Source: Phoronis australis
Taxonomy: Eukaryota > Animalia > Phoronida
DNA: 49,315 bases
Direction of reading: 5' to 3'
Assembly: GCA_002633005.1 (NCBI GenBank)
Contig: NMRA01000234.1
Coordinates: 555,079-604,393 of the forward strand
Numbering within the stretch: position 1 is the stretch's first letter; each line of letters opens with the position of its first letter. Of this stretch, positions 34,037-46,665 are shown piece after piece. The notes beneath the pieces were generated by a model that had not been told where the DNA came from, made no database searches, and was given only the letters and a program-made list of their open reading frames with translations. Made by a program: the position numbers and the translations under genes.

Positions 34037-35130
34037 CTTATGTGTGGAGCCGCTTCTCAATTTACTAAAGCTGTTTCGCTTGTAAATGTACATTCCGTTT
34101 AAATCGTGACTACCTAGTTTAAAGGGGATTCATGGATACGTTATTACGTTATTACAAAAAGCCTATTTCGGTTGGACCTGTACAATTTTGTTTATTTTCC
34201 TTTAACATGGACTGTTTCTTAACGCTATGAAAGGTATATCGCTTCGGAAAACACTGCCCATTTTAAATCTGACAACATATTACAGTTTTACTTACATAGC
34301 TCATCAACTAGATGTAACTGATCACGCTTTTAGGCACTCGGCTTTGTCTTCAAACTGTTGATTTTAGCACAATCAGACAATATATGTCTGTTCGTCCAAA
34401 ATGGAACACGACATGGGCAGATGATGACATTTCTGTTGTACATCGCATAAACTAAATCATAAATAACGTATCTAACACATAACGGTATCACTGAAACTAA
34501 AAACATAATTGACGACGCACGACACAGGAATGAAACGACCATTTTAATACACTCTCAGGGACGGATCAAGGATTTTGAGTTGGGGTGGGCGGGGAAGGGC
34601 ACAGGAATAACCAGAATTTCGCCAAATCCGCACCCAGCCTAAAATGTAGGGAGGCAGGGGTCAAGAATTTTTGGGTTCGTGGACGTTATTACTAAAAAAA
34701 GGTAAACGGGGTTTGTTGGCTCCCCCGAGCCTCCCTGAGTGCATGCATTTGATAAATTTGCTATAGACTACTTTTCTGAACGTCTTGATGATTTTATATT
34801 CGAATGATGATTTTTGTAGAGTTGGTTTGCCATTAATACACGTTTAAACGCTATCGGTTTTATGTTCTGTGTTTGCTGGTTGCTTCTTATTAGTATTACG
34901 AGTACGATTCGCTTAGTACCGTCGGGGCCTGGGTTAGACTTTACGCGACATCTGTTGTTGAGTTGGGTGGTTATCCCCTTTTGTATACGCCTTTGTTTTT
35001 GATCTATGAGACAGAACACACAATACACAACGACGACACTTGGCGCACACGAAATAAGTTTTTTTCTTATTCAGCATTCCTCTTTTGTTTCGATTCTCGA
35101 TCCGTTGCTAGGAGCCGCAAAACGTGCATC

Positions 35131-35921
35131 GAGGTGCCTCTCTAACGGGCCCAATTAAACCTATTACGTCATGAGGTGTGACGTCATTGACACATCCGTC
35201 CGGTAGGCTCGCTGGTTCCCTGCGTGCCGCTAGGTGGGGCGGTAGCCGCGCCAGCACGCAGGTATCACTTAAATTTCCTCTGTAAATTTTTTTACACCGG
35301 CGTTTCTGATTGGCTAGTCGATTCGTCAACAGGCAGCGCTTTGCGCAAACAAACTGGCATGGCTGATGGACTGAAGTGTAAATGTGGTCTGTTGTACAGA
35401 CAAATCGGTGCTTAAAATTTATGTTCAGGAAATGTGAAGCCTAGAAATTGTGACTGAGCCTTTTCGGAATGCATCTTTCTACTGTCGATGACTTTTGTTT
35501 ACGATAATGTCCTTATACACTATGAATAACACACCGGTTAAATCGGCCACATAATGTGTGTTTATTGTGCATGTATGTGTTTCAAGCACGCGGCTATTAA
35601 ACATCACTGCAGAAACGAAATAGTTGCTGCGACGCCACTTGCATGACAAGGCTAAAAATCGTTCACAGTCCGCCATTTTTTCAAGGTGTTGTAAAGCTAA
35701 CCAATGACTTCCAAGATTACATCGACCAATGCTAAAGCGCGTGCCACTAGGTGATACCTGCGTGCTGGCTGGGCTAAGCAGGGCGCAGGGAACCAGCGAG
35801 TCCGGTAGGCGGATGGTGTCCCTTCCGAGTGCAGTTATTCCACGTGACCTATGACCTTTTCCTTTCACATGGATGACCTTTGACCGAGGAGCCTCCCAAA
35901 CGGGTGCCCAAAACCTCTTAC
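35131..35921. mobile_element. Unclassified element: inner ~70-bp inverted repeats enclosed by ~36-bp direct repeats
   Basis: Inverted pair 35193-35268 / 35751-35815 (CTCGCTGGTTCCCTGCG...GCCAGCACGCAGGTATCAC). Direct pair 35131-35167 / 35886-35921. Confidence 0.6.
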
Positions 35922-36244
35922 TATACTACTGTCTTTCTTTAAAATTTTAGTGCATTGCTATCAAACTCCGTTGTTCAATTACGATCATTTTTTCAAAAAA
36001 TTGTGCTTAAATCCTAGGGCAAAAACTTGCCGACTGATACGTCGCTGAATCGCGATCATCAATAGGAAAACTTGAATTCTTGTATAAAAATATAGTTCCG
36101 ACTCAACAAATTACCTGAAATCTTCCTTATGTTTTACAATTTTTAAAGTTCATGTGGAGTCCAGATTAATTGCGATTAAGTCCAAATCTGCGCTACATCG
36201 TACCCCTCAACACGAGAAAAATCTCTGGATGAACACACGTTGTT

Positions 36245-36410
36245 GTCACGTGACGTTTGTTTTGATGTTCGTCTGCGTATGAGCTAGAGTGAATGCGTGT
36301 GCGGGTCATCGACGACAGATTTTTTTGTTACAAAAGGCTGAGGATTACGCAAAAAAATGCCGTTTACTAGATAGTTTTTCAGTTAAACGGCTGCAACGTG
36401 CAAGGTGAGT
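36245..36410 (+). promoter_or_regulatory. Possible promoter or first exon: GTCACGTGAC E-box plus a CAAG|gtgagt donor
   Basis: Perfect palindrome at 36245-36254 and a consensus splice donor at 36405. Confidence 0.3.
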
Positions 36411-37309
36411 GCCGGTTAACTCACAGATTTTGTGTGCACAGGCCGACGGCCATTAGCTCTACCATGGAGTAAAACATTAACAGCCGATTTCATAAAGGTG
36501 GTTTAACAAAACCAGGTTTAAGACTTAAACCTGGTCTTCCTGCACCTGGTCTAATTTTAGACCCAATTTGCATTTCACCAATGTGGTTTAAAAGTCTGAA
36601 AGCCTGGTTTTGTTAGACCAGGGAGTCGGTTTAGTAAAACCAGGTTTAAAGTATCTAAGCCATCGTGCTGTGTCGATCTGGATTAACCCAACTAAGAAAC
36701 TATTGAAGTGCTTCAATGAAACCTTGATCACGTGGGTATACAATGGCACACACTAGTAGAATCAGTGCAGACATTTGCGAAAAAGATGTAAAAGCTTTTC
36801 TCATGGGGAAAAATGTAATGTCTGTGACCAACACACGTATACATACATAAAAGTACATGCTCACGATTAGCCGTAATATCATAAATGTCCAACTTTATTT
36901 CCGTGCCATTTTAGTGTTTATTTTTCGGGGCCAAAGGGAGGGCAAGACCCCTTCCCGGCAACATTAAATCGGAGACCATGGAGGTGGAACTCAGAAGAAT
37001 CAGAAAATGCTGTCTTCAGTCAAAGCCGTAGCGCGTATCATAGTGACGATGACGCCCTGCTCGACCAGTCGTATTCTGAAGAACCCGCAGGACACTATCC
37101 AGCACGAACTGGTCTACACATAGGCGGATCCAAGGGGGTCAAGGGGTCCGGACTCCCTTTTTGCTTGATTTTAGTGAGATAAAATCCATAATCTTCAAAT
37201 TGTTAACTTGGTCCCCCCTTTTAAAAAGTCCTTGACCGACCCCCTCCCTTAAAAGTCGTGGATTCGCCCCTGCTATGTTTGATCTTGTGTCGTAGTAAAA
37301 CTGAATATT

Positions 37310-37520
37310 GAAAATTCTTATTTTATCAAATGTCTCAAAAACCACACGTGGTGGAAATATGGTCCAGCTTCTGGCTACCTCCGTGCTTGGGATGACAGGG
37401 TCTGAGCAGCCATAGTCCACAATAACTTTGGCGTGAACACAACACCAAGATACTTGTAGCTGGCGTGGAAATCACTTCGAGTTTTTTACCTCCAAAATGC
37501 CACCTTGGACAAATGCAGTA
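37310..37520 (-). pseudogene. Short LINE RT thumb fragment
   Basis: Minus strand reads WHFGGKKLEV...YKYLGVVFTPKLLWTMAAQTLSSQARR. Confidence 0.55.
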
Positions 37521-40500
37521 TTGAAACGAATGCTCAAATTTTACATAATGTTAAACTCGATAGTTGTTTTTTTGTAAATTGCATAGAAAATTAATTGTGC
37601 CACCATAACAATTTACATGTTTGACACGTCTTCACGTGATGTGACCAACATATGACCTGTGTGAAGACATATGAATACAGTGCCTTCAACAATTTGCTTC
37701 TCAATATAGATGAGCTTCCCAGGTTGTACACGTGCGTCTGTTGATGTTAATTTTGCTTTTAAGACTCGTTTTAATATAGGTTAAATAGAAAACTCGCGCA
37801 TACAGTTGTACAATTTTACTTTACTATTTAGACAGATTTATAGCAACATTTTTCATATCACTTTTGGCTATGGATATTCTCATGCTACGACCGGTAGGGT
37901 TCGCGTTAATCACGTGCGGGCAGAGCCTGATAGTGGAAAGCCATACGAGTTCCTGAATCGAAAGTTGACAGACAGGAAACAAAAAACACCGACCTATCCG
38001 TTTGGGAGACCACGACTCCTAAGGTAAATCTCTGTTCACGAATCAAGACTGACGGACGACCTGCATCTAACTTCGTCGTAGCCCCCATGAGGTTTAGTTT
38101 TTGAAAGTTTCCATTCATATGCAATGCCCTCGAAGATCTCTTCCGCTTATTCACTGCAAGATGACATGTGGCACGATTTTCCATTGAGAACACTCTTTTG
38201 GTATTCAGAATCTCTAAAAGGCGAGTTTATTGATCTGGATTGTGTAATGACGTGGTTACCTGGTTGTTGCACTTCGATTACTTGGTGTGCTCGTTGTTCA
38301 TTGGAAAGCGCAATAACCCCTCGTGGGAAATAATAGCATGACCCTTGAATGTCTCCCTTTGAGTGGGTCGGCCTGCTGTTTCAGATTGCGGCCATTTCCT
38401 TGAAAGCGCGCACCGTGAGGAGATGATGTCTTACCCGATACATGAAGGACGATATAGGTGCGTAACTTCTGTCATTAATTACATTTTTATCTGGCTGATT
38501 GCTGTTACAGTTCTCCACCTGTGGCAACTGTTTGGTGTACAGGTAGTTGTAAAACGTATACGTTTTAAGTGTCGCCTGTATTTTACAGTAGTTGTACTTT
38601 GGGTTATACTCATACATTAGTGTTCGGGTCGTGATGACGCACATTTATTCAAGTGGATATTCACTGAAAAGAGTATGGCTTTAAGAGAAGAACTGCTGTC
38701 CGTGTAAATACTCTGAATATACATTTGAATTTATGTATTTCTGTATGAGTAAGCAAAGCCTACGATGTACAATAAGTGTTATTATTATTATTATTATCAA
38801 TATCATTATCATTATTAAATGGATATATCTATCCATCTATCAAATGTATTATCATTAGCTTTCATTAGACGTTACTTGAATTGCTGAATTTAACGATCCT
38901 CCTAATTCCGACTGACAATTGTACTAACATACTAACTGGGGCCCTAATATAAGTCCCGTTTTATGGACTCCGGATCCTATCTGTCCCGGGTTTTTGTGTC
39001 CCGGTGTTTTGCGTAATAGTGCAGACACTAAGCGGACGAGTGTGCAAGTTTTAGCAACACTTGCCATTTAGACCCACATGACAGTTGTCAGGTGCTTTTC
39101 GATCCTGATTTAGGGCATAATTTCAACAAGTAATAAAGTAACGTGTTATTTTTATGCATTGTCCTTAGTTGTATTGGATTCTGGTCGTTGTCAGATAAAG
39201 CAATGCCCCCTGGAATTTTGGAATGCTAGCTCACTTCTTGAAAATGCGCCTTTAGTTTTCGAGATTTCGGCTAGGTTGCAAACGGCGAACTTGGGTATGT
39301 TAATTTTCTTGGTTCATCGAGCACTGACCAATGACAGATAGAACTCGGTGTGAAAGTAGCCATTGTCTCCCTGGAGAAATTGTCCGGCTTGCGTGTATTT
39401 GAATGAAGCATCCGGCTAATCCTCTGATTATCCTGCCAGTACACCGGCATTCAAATACATGCAGCTAGGACTTTCTCTGCAGGGGAACAATCACAGCTAC
39501 CCATGCACACCAGGACACATAGAACTCCGTCCAATGCAATGAAAACTGGACATACCGAACCCGGGACACGTACATATGTAGAATCCCGATATGCATAAAA
39601 CGGGAACACATCAGGATGACCCCCAACATATGGATCAGAACAATGATTCCCGTGATCGATAACTGCCTTGGTAGATTTTTCAATTAATCTCGAAGTGTCA
39701 ACTTGAAAACAATAGTTGATTTGCCGATTGTCTGTAAATTTCATTACTGCACGTTTTTGTCTATTTGCACGCCATACCCATACATAAACGACAAGCTGCG
39801 ACCCACGGATAACCAAGACGGAAGAAAGGTGGAAGACGAAAATTAAGAAGGGGGTTTATGTAAGCTAACTTTGCTTGCGTGTCATACTGTATTAGTATCA
39901 ATAGGGTACAGCTCGATAATCCAAAGGTTCACAAGTTCGAACTCTCATAATACCCCAAATGAATAAAAGGGCATTATAAGGCCGGAGGTTCATAAATCCG
40001 ACAGAAAGAAAAAACTAGTTAGTTCGAAACTAGTCCGAAGGTCTATGATGCCAGAAATCAGCGATTCAAAGTCAACGACAGCCAAGCAGCAAAATTTTGG
40101 CGGCGATAAACCATACTTCGAACATGTAAATAACTACAGCAACTCAGTGAATCGCCCAACTTCATGTTTGAATCCCGTTTTGAGGGGCACAGGCTCTTCG
40201 AAGAACTAGTTTCAAGCAGCCGTGTGCAAATAAATCCCTGAACATTTTGCTCAAAATCACTGTTCGGAACCTAGTGTCATGAAAGTTTAAATTTATAACC
40301 TTCGGTGGGTTTTCGTAATTGTGTGGATAAGTCTTCAGATTTATGGATTTTTAGACTTGCAAGCCTTGCGACCTATGAATACCTTAATTTCATATAAACT
40401 CTGTACACATTCTTTCCAACTTGAAGTTTTCAATTCAGGTCATATAAGGTTGTTCACTTCTTATTGTGCAATTTTAGCGACTTGGCAAGTCGTCAAACTA

Positions 40501-43230
40501 GTGGGCTTTGGCTGACTAGTGTACCATTTACCCACGGCACCTGACGTCGCGAGCAGTTACAGTGTACCAAAAGTGCAGAAGGACCACTAACACGAATGAC
40601 ACCAGGGTCAAAGATATGGTGCCGTTCAGCTGTAAATCAGTATCCTGGCAGTTACCGGCTTTGACTACATGTGTGTACTCATTTGAGCCATCAAAACTTG
40701 ATCAATCACTTGTATTATTTGAAAAAGGCGAAGTGAAAAATCTACTTCAGGAATACGTCTTTATCCAAGTACACGGTTTCACAACTGGTTTCAGTGCAGT
40801 CTCTCAAAAATTGTGTTGGCAGTTGTATAACTGGGAGATCTTGTCAATATAAAATACTCTATAGGCTCTCAGTTCGGGTCGCCTGTATTATATTCCTTCT
40901 CGGAAGTGAACTACATTGAGTCTTAATTGCTGTACTTTATTTGAGCGACTTTGTCATAAGTTAAATAGCTGGGCTTTGTTTATCATTAAAAGGATACCAA
41001 ACTCGGTTTTGGCTTACTTACACATACTAAAAACGACTTTCCCCATCCAGTTCTCTGAAAGAAAATAATGCTTTGTAACTTAAGGTCTGGACGAAATTTT
41101 GAAAACTTCTAACAAATTCTGCTAAACGGACAAGCGTGACCTACGCTTTTAGCAAGTTACACAGCACCTTTGAAAAAGACCACCCGTCAAGGACCACAAC
41201 GTGCAATTCATGAGATGGGAAGTATAAGTTTTTTCAGTTGGTTCCTGCTTTTATTTTGGAAGATTGACACTAAAGATGCAAAGCAGGTGACTGAAAGTGG
41301 ATTGGCTGACATCATCAATATAAGGTTTATCATCCCTACGGAACCATACAGGACCACGACGTCACGACGGGTTACAGTGCATCAAAAAGTTCCTGCAGTA
41401 CCACTAATACGACTGACAACAGAGTTGAAAAGTGTATTACCGTTCAACTTTCATGAGAAAAAAGCAGTTAAAATGTTTTACACTTCAGTTACAAGTTTGT
41501 TGGGGCATCTTTTTACTTTCCTCACCAAATTTCTTTCAATGTATACTTCACCGTATGAAATACACTCACCTCGGCTCATGTATGTTAAATTCCTCCTCGA
41601 AGGTTGATTGGACTTTATTGCCAAGTATGCGATTTTATCTAATTTTTTACAAAATTAAATATTTTAACTCCTTAAATGTTTACATTATCGGAAACTAGAA
41701 ACCCAAGTAAAATTTGAAATTTCGGTTTTTACTTGTCTGATATTCATAATGATTGCCTCACAAGAATATTTCCCTTAAGTAAAATTTAGCGAAAAAAAAA
41801 AGCACAGTAATAGCAAAACAACGGTGTCGATAACAAGTTCGAATTTCATTTGATGAAAATGTTCCAAGACGTAATCTCAAAAAACTACTAATGTTCTAAA
41901 ATATCATGATTTTATTTTAAATTCATTTTGTAAACGGTGTTTAAATCCTTGGATTTGGAAGTTTTACATAAATCTGGACAGCTATTTCTGAGATATAAAA
42001 CTTCAAAGTTGGGGAAATGTACACGATTTTGAAGCTTCAAAGTTAGAGAAATGACGTTTTTTCTATGGTCATACAAGACCTCGCCACAACTGGCAGTGCA
42101 CCTGGCCAAGATGTCGCTGAACCACCAACACAAAATGACACCAGAGTCGGAAAGGTAAAAAATCCCAGGAGTTGCCTTTTACGTGAGGGCGTGCACCATG
42201 AGATCATGTCTTACCCGATACATGAAGGGCGATAGAGGTGTGTAACTCGTTATTGATAACATTTTTGTCTGGCTGACACTTAAGTTACAGTTACCCACCT
42301 GTGACAAATGTATGGTGTCCAGATAATTGGGTTGTACTCAAGTATTAGTCTTTGGGTTGCCATGACGCACATGTACTTCGATTAGATAAAGCTCTCCATC
42401 CATCATATCTATTACCATTTGCTTGCAATAAGTGTTTGTTACTTGTCTTGCTGGTACAATCTTTTTAATCCCGACTAACAATTGCACTAACATACTAACA
42501 CCAATCCTAACCTATCAAGACTTACAGCATGAATAAATCCAAACGACGTTCAAGGTCACAAAATGCATGCTGAGTGGTGTGATTTGAATTCCTCTCAAAA
42601 TGCCAAGATCAAATGGAGCTGAACAGTGGTTCCCGTGATCGATTACTACCGTGGCAGGGATGAGGATTTTTGAATTAGTTTTCGAATGTCAAATTGAAAA
42701 CAATAGTTGATTTATCGATTGTTTGTAAATTTTATTTATGAACATTTTCGTTTATTTACTTACCATGTCCACGCCACAACGATACGATTCGACTCACGGA
42801 TAACCAAGACGGAAGAAGCATGAAAGACTGAAAATTAACAACCGAAGACTAAAATTAAGAAGGAAATTTAAAGTAGCGTGCAAGTCACAGTGCATTAGTA
42901 CAAATAAGATGGAGTTCGATACTCCGAAGGTTCGAAAGCCTGATGGCAAGTTATGTAATGTTACTGAATGATTTTTTTTTAAATACCCTATCAGGCAAAT
43001 AAAAGCGTTTCTAAAAACAGCCCTATCAAACTGATAGTAAAATAACTAATTTTCTTTCAGACTTATGTTGATCTTCGGATTTATTTATTTGTCGACTTGT
43101 AAACTTTCAGAGCCATGAATTCCGTAATTTCATACCTTCCGCCTACAATTGTTCTCACTTGTAGTTTTCAATTCAGATCATATGGGTTCATTGTTTCGAG
43201 GGGATTAACTTCTTTCGAACCTGATTATAG

Positions 43231-44912
43231 TTTTTATGCGCAAACGTATTTATATGTTGACTCATTATGCCGTCATCTCCGTCCATCCGTTCGGAGTCTG
43301 GCGTCCAGCTTCCGCTCCAAAAGAACCTGGACGTATGTTCAGGAAGTTTTGCACATGTGTTTCTTTCGTGGATGGGACGGCATGAGCGAACTTTCAGGCG
43401 AATCCGACTATTGGTGTGACCCCTAGTGGCAATTTTAGTTTTTTACGTTTACCTCTGTAACTTCAGAAGTCCTGAACAGATTTTCATAAAAACTGGTACA
43501 TAGGCACCTATCAGTGAAAGGAGGTTAACCTCCCGTTTTCAGATGGATTCGACGTAGTTTGCGCCACCTAGTGGCCATGTTTTGGTGTCTTCGAGTTTGG
43601 TTTTTGCGTCCACCCCTCTATCAACCAAACCGCTCAAAGGATGATTGTGAAAATTGACATGTATGACGATGATTTTCCGACGACTTCGACTACTATGGCG
43701 CCTCCTAGTGGCAGTTTTTTGTGCCTATGGCTGCATGTCCTAAACCGTTCGCAGGATCTTTAATAAATTTAGAAAGTGTATTTATGTGATGTTGATGACG
43801 ACGGAGGACAACAACTTTCGGACAGATCTGACTACAGGTGTGCCACCTACTGGCAATTTTATTTTTTACGTTTACCTCTGTGTGTTCAAACGTCCTCAAC
43901 GTATTTTCATAAAATTTGGCAAACGCGCATCTGTTAATTAAGTGACGCTTATCTCTCCGTTTTCAGATGGATTCGACCTAGTTTGCGCCATCTAGTGGCC
44001 ATTTTTACTGTTTTCGAGTCTGTTTCTGGCGTCCAGTCATCTATAAACGAAACCGCTTTCAGGATAATTGTGAAAATTGGCATGTATGTTTTTACTATAA
44101 AGTGGACGGCTGACGATGATTTTCCGACGACTTTGACTACTGTGGCGCTACTTGTGGCACTTTTGTTCTTTTTGCGCTCATGACTGTGTCTCCTAAACCG
44201 TTTGCAGGATCTTTACTTAATTTAGCGAGTGTATTTATATGATGTTGACAACGGACGACGACGACTTTCGGACGGATCTGACTACTGGTGTGCCCCCTAG
44301 TGGCAATTTTAGTGTTTTACGTTTACCAGTCTGTACCTTCAAAGATCCTCAACAGATTTTCATAAAGTTGTGAATATAGGTATCTATGTTTTTGGATGGA
44401 ATTGAGATATTTTGCGCGACCTAGTGGCCATTTTTGCTGTTTTCAAATCTTGTTTTTGGCTTCCACCCCTCTATCAACGAAGTCATTCTAGGGATAGTTT
44501 TGAAAATTGGCGTATATGTTGTCAGTGCAAAGATGACGTTTGATGATGGCAATTGACTAGTGGTTGTAATGTTTTGTTTTGCGCCAATAGCTATATCTCC
44601 TAAACCCACTTCAGGATCTTTATTAAATTTAGTAAGTGTATTTATATGAAGATAACAACAGACGACGACTTTCAGGCGGATCCAACGAACGCTTTGCCCA
44701 CAAGTGGCAATTTCATGTTATTCTGTTTTCCTTTGTTTCTCTGAAGTTCCTTGACAGATTTTTATGAAATACGGCATGTTCCCGTTTTTGGATGGATTAT
44801 ACGTTTTTGCGCCATCTAGTGGCCATTTTTATGATACAAATAAATAACCCTAAAAGCACACCATTTGCGATGCATTCGTGGGAGCAATTCAACGTTCCGC
44901 GTTGCTCTTGTT
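43231..44912 (+). mobile_element. DINE-1/Helentron-like element, longest copy (~10 motif-bearing subunits)
   Basis: Same 5' and 3' termini as 33010-34036. Inserted into the T-tract of a conserved acceptor in duplicate B. Confidence 0.85.
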
Positions 44913-46514
44913 TAGGGACTTGTTCTTTCGTCAAACTACTGGCTGACCAGTATACCATTAACATGGGAGATTTTACAAAAATCTGAACTGCTATTTCTAA
45001 GATATCAACCTTTAAATTTGAGAAATGTGGACACTTTCTAGGGCCACGCAGCATCCGAAGTAGCAGGACGCTGTCCTTGCCACCACTGGCAGCGAACAAA
45101 AATGTCACTGAACCGTCACCATGTAATGACACCAGAATAGTGAAAGTAAAAAATGCAGGAAATTGCCTCTTCCTTGAGGGCGTACGTCATGAGATGCTGT
45201 CTTACCCGATACACAAGCTACGACTGAGGTGCGTTACTTTCGTTATTGATAACATTTTGGACTGGCTGTCACGTGCAGTTACAGTTCTCCACCTGTTACA
45301 ACACTGTGCTGTCCAGGTCGTTGAAATACATTTCTAGTGTTAGCTGTATTTTAGTAGTACTTACTCTGGGTTCTCCTCATATATCAATGCTTTGGCCGTG
45401 ATTACGCTCATTTATTCCAATAGATAGACTGTAGATCTGTCCATCTATCAATTGTAGTTTCATTCGCTTGGACTAGACGTTTGTTACTTTTCTTGCTTGT
45501 GCATTAACGTTTATGCAAACACACATTCTAATCCCGCCAACAATTCCAATTAAATACTAATACCAGTCCTAACAAACCTAAAAACATCACCAATTAATCC
45601 AACTGACGTTCGAAGTCACAAAATGTGTGCTGAATGTCATTATTTGAATTCCTCTACAGATGCCACAACGGGATGGAGCTAGGCTGTGTTTCCCGGTATC
45701 AATTTCTGGCGGAGCTAAAGACAAGGATTTTCAATTGATCTGCGTGTGAGAAATTGAAAACAGTTAATTTGGCCATTGTTTGTAAATTTTTTCAATACTC
45801 GTTTTGTGTGTTTACACGCAGTACCCATACCCCAGCAATACGCTGCGATCCACGAATAACCAAAACGGACGAAGCAGTTCTTCAGACGAAAATTGTGAAG
45901 GTAAACTATTGTTGCTTGTGTTTCATACTGCATTAAATAGGGTGAAGCTCAATACCTTTAAGGTTTTCAAATCTGTGCCCACTATACAAACGAAAATGTT
46001 TACAAAAGCCCTATCGGGCCGCAGGTTCACAAACTCGACAAAAAGCTTTTAGTTCGAAAACAGTTAGACAATTAAAGAGACCAGAAGCCAGTGATTCGAC
46101 TTCAAGGACATAGGAGCAACAAAATTTTAGTGGCTGTATTCCAAAAGTTGAAAATGTTAATAAAAGCGACAGTTCAGTGCACTTTGTCAAACTTTGTTTG
46201 GATGCTTTACCAAGGGACTGGCTCTTAGAAGAATTGGTTCCAGGGAGGCGCGTGCTTACAAATCTCTAAACACTTTGTTCGAAATCACTGTTCAGAACCT
46301 CGTAACGTGAAATTTTGAATTTTTAGCTTTCGAACTAATGGTCTCTCGGACTTGCGAGGATATTTGAATTGATAGATTTGTTTACTTGCAAACTTTTGGA
46401 GTCATGAATACCGCGATTTCATAATTTTGGCCTACACTTTTTTACTTAAAATTTTCAATTCAGATCATATCATTTCATTTTTTCTAGGGGGGTTGACTTC
46501 CGTTTAACATTATT

Positions 46515-46665
46515 GTACAGTCTGTCGCACACCCTTGACAAAGAGCTCATCTCTTGAAACGTGGGGACATTTTGATATATTTTAGTACCGACGCTCGTCG
46601 TTTTAGTTTTACTATTTTATATTCTTATCCGTCGGTAACTGCACGGCATTTCAACATCTATTTGA
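46515..46665 (+). mobile_element. 151-bp Penelope-type solo pLTR-like insertion with a hammerhead-like fold
   Basis: Flanked by TAACATTATT direct repeats (46505-46514 and 46666-46675) and absent from the sister duplicates. Contains ccc-TTGACAA-agag(ctcat)ctct-TGAAAC-GT-ggg. Confidence 0.55.

Noticed and set aside
38381-39816. Minus-strand exons (VENCNSNQP..., DNRQINYCFQ...) as a live gene
   Set aside because: They are the in-register antisense of the + strand LRR-like frame, sister copies have stops, and the substitution pattern leans to +. Not fully excluded.
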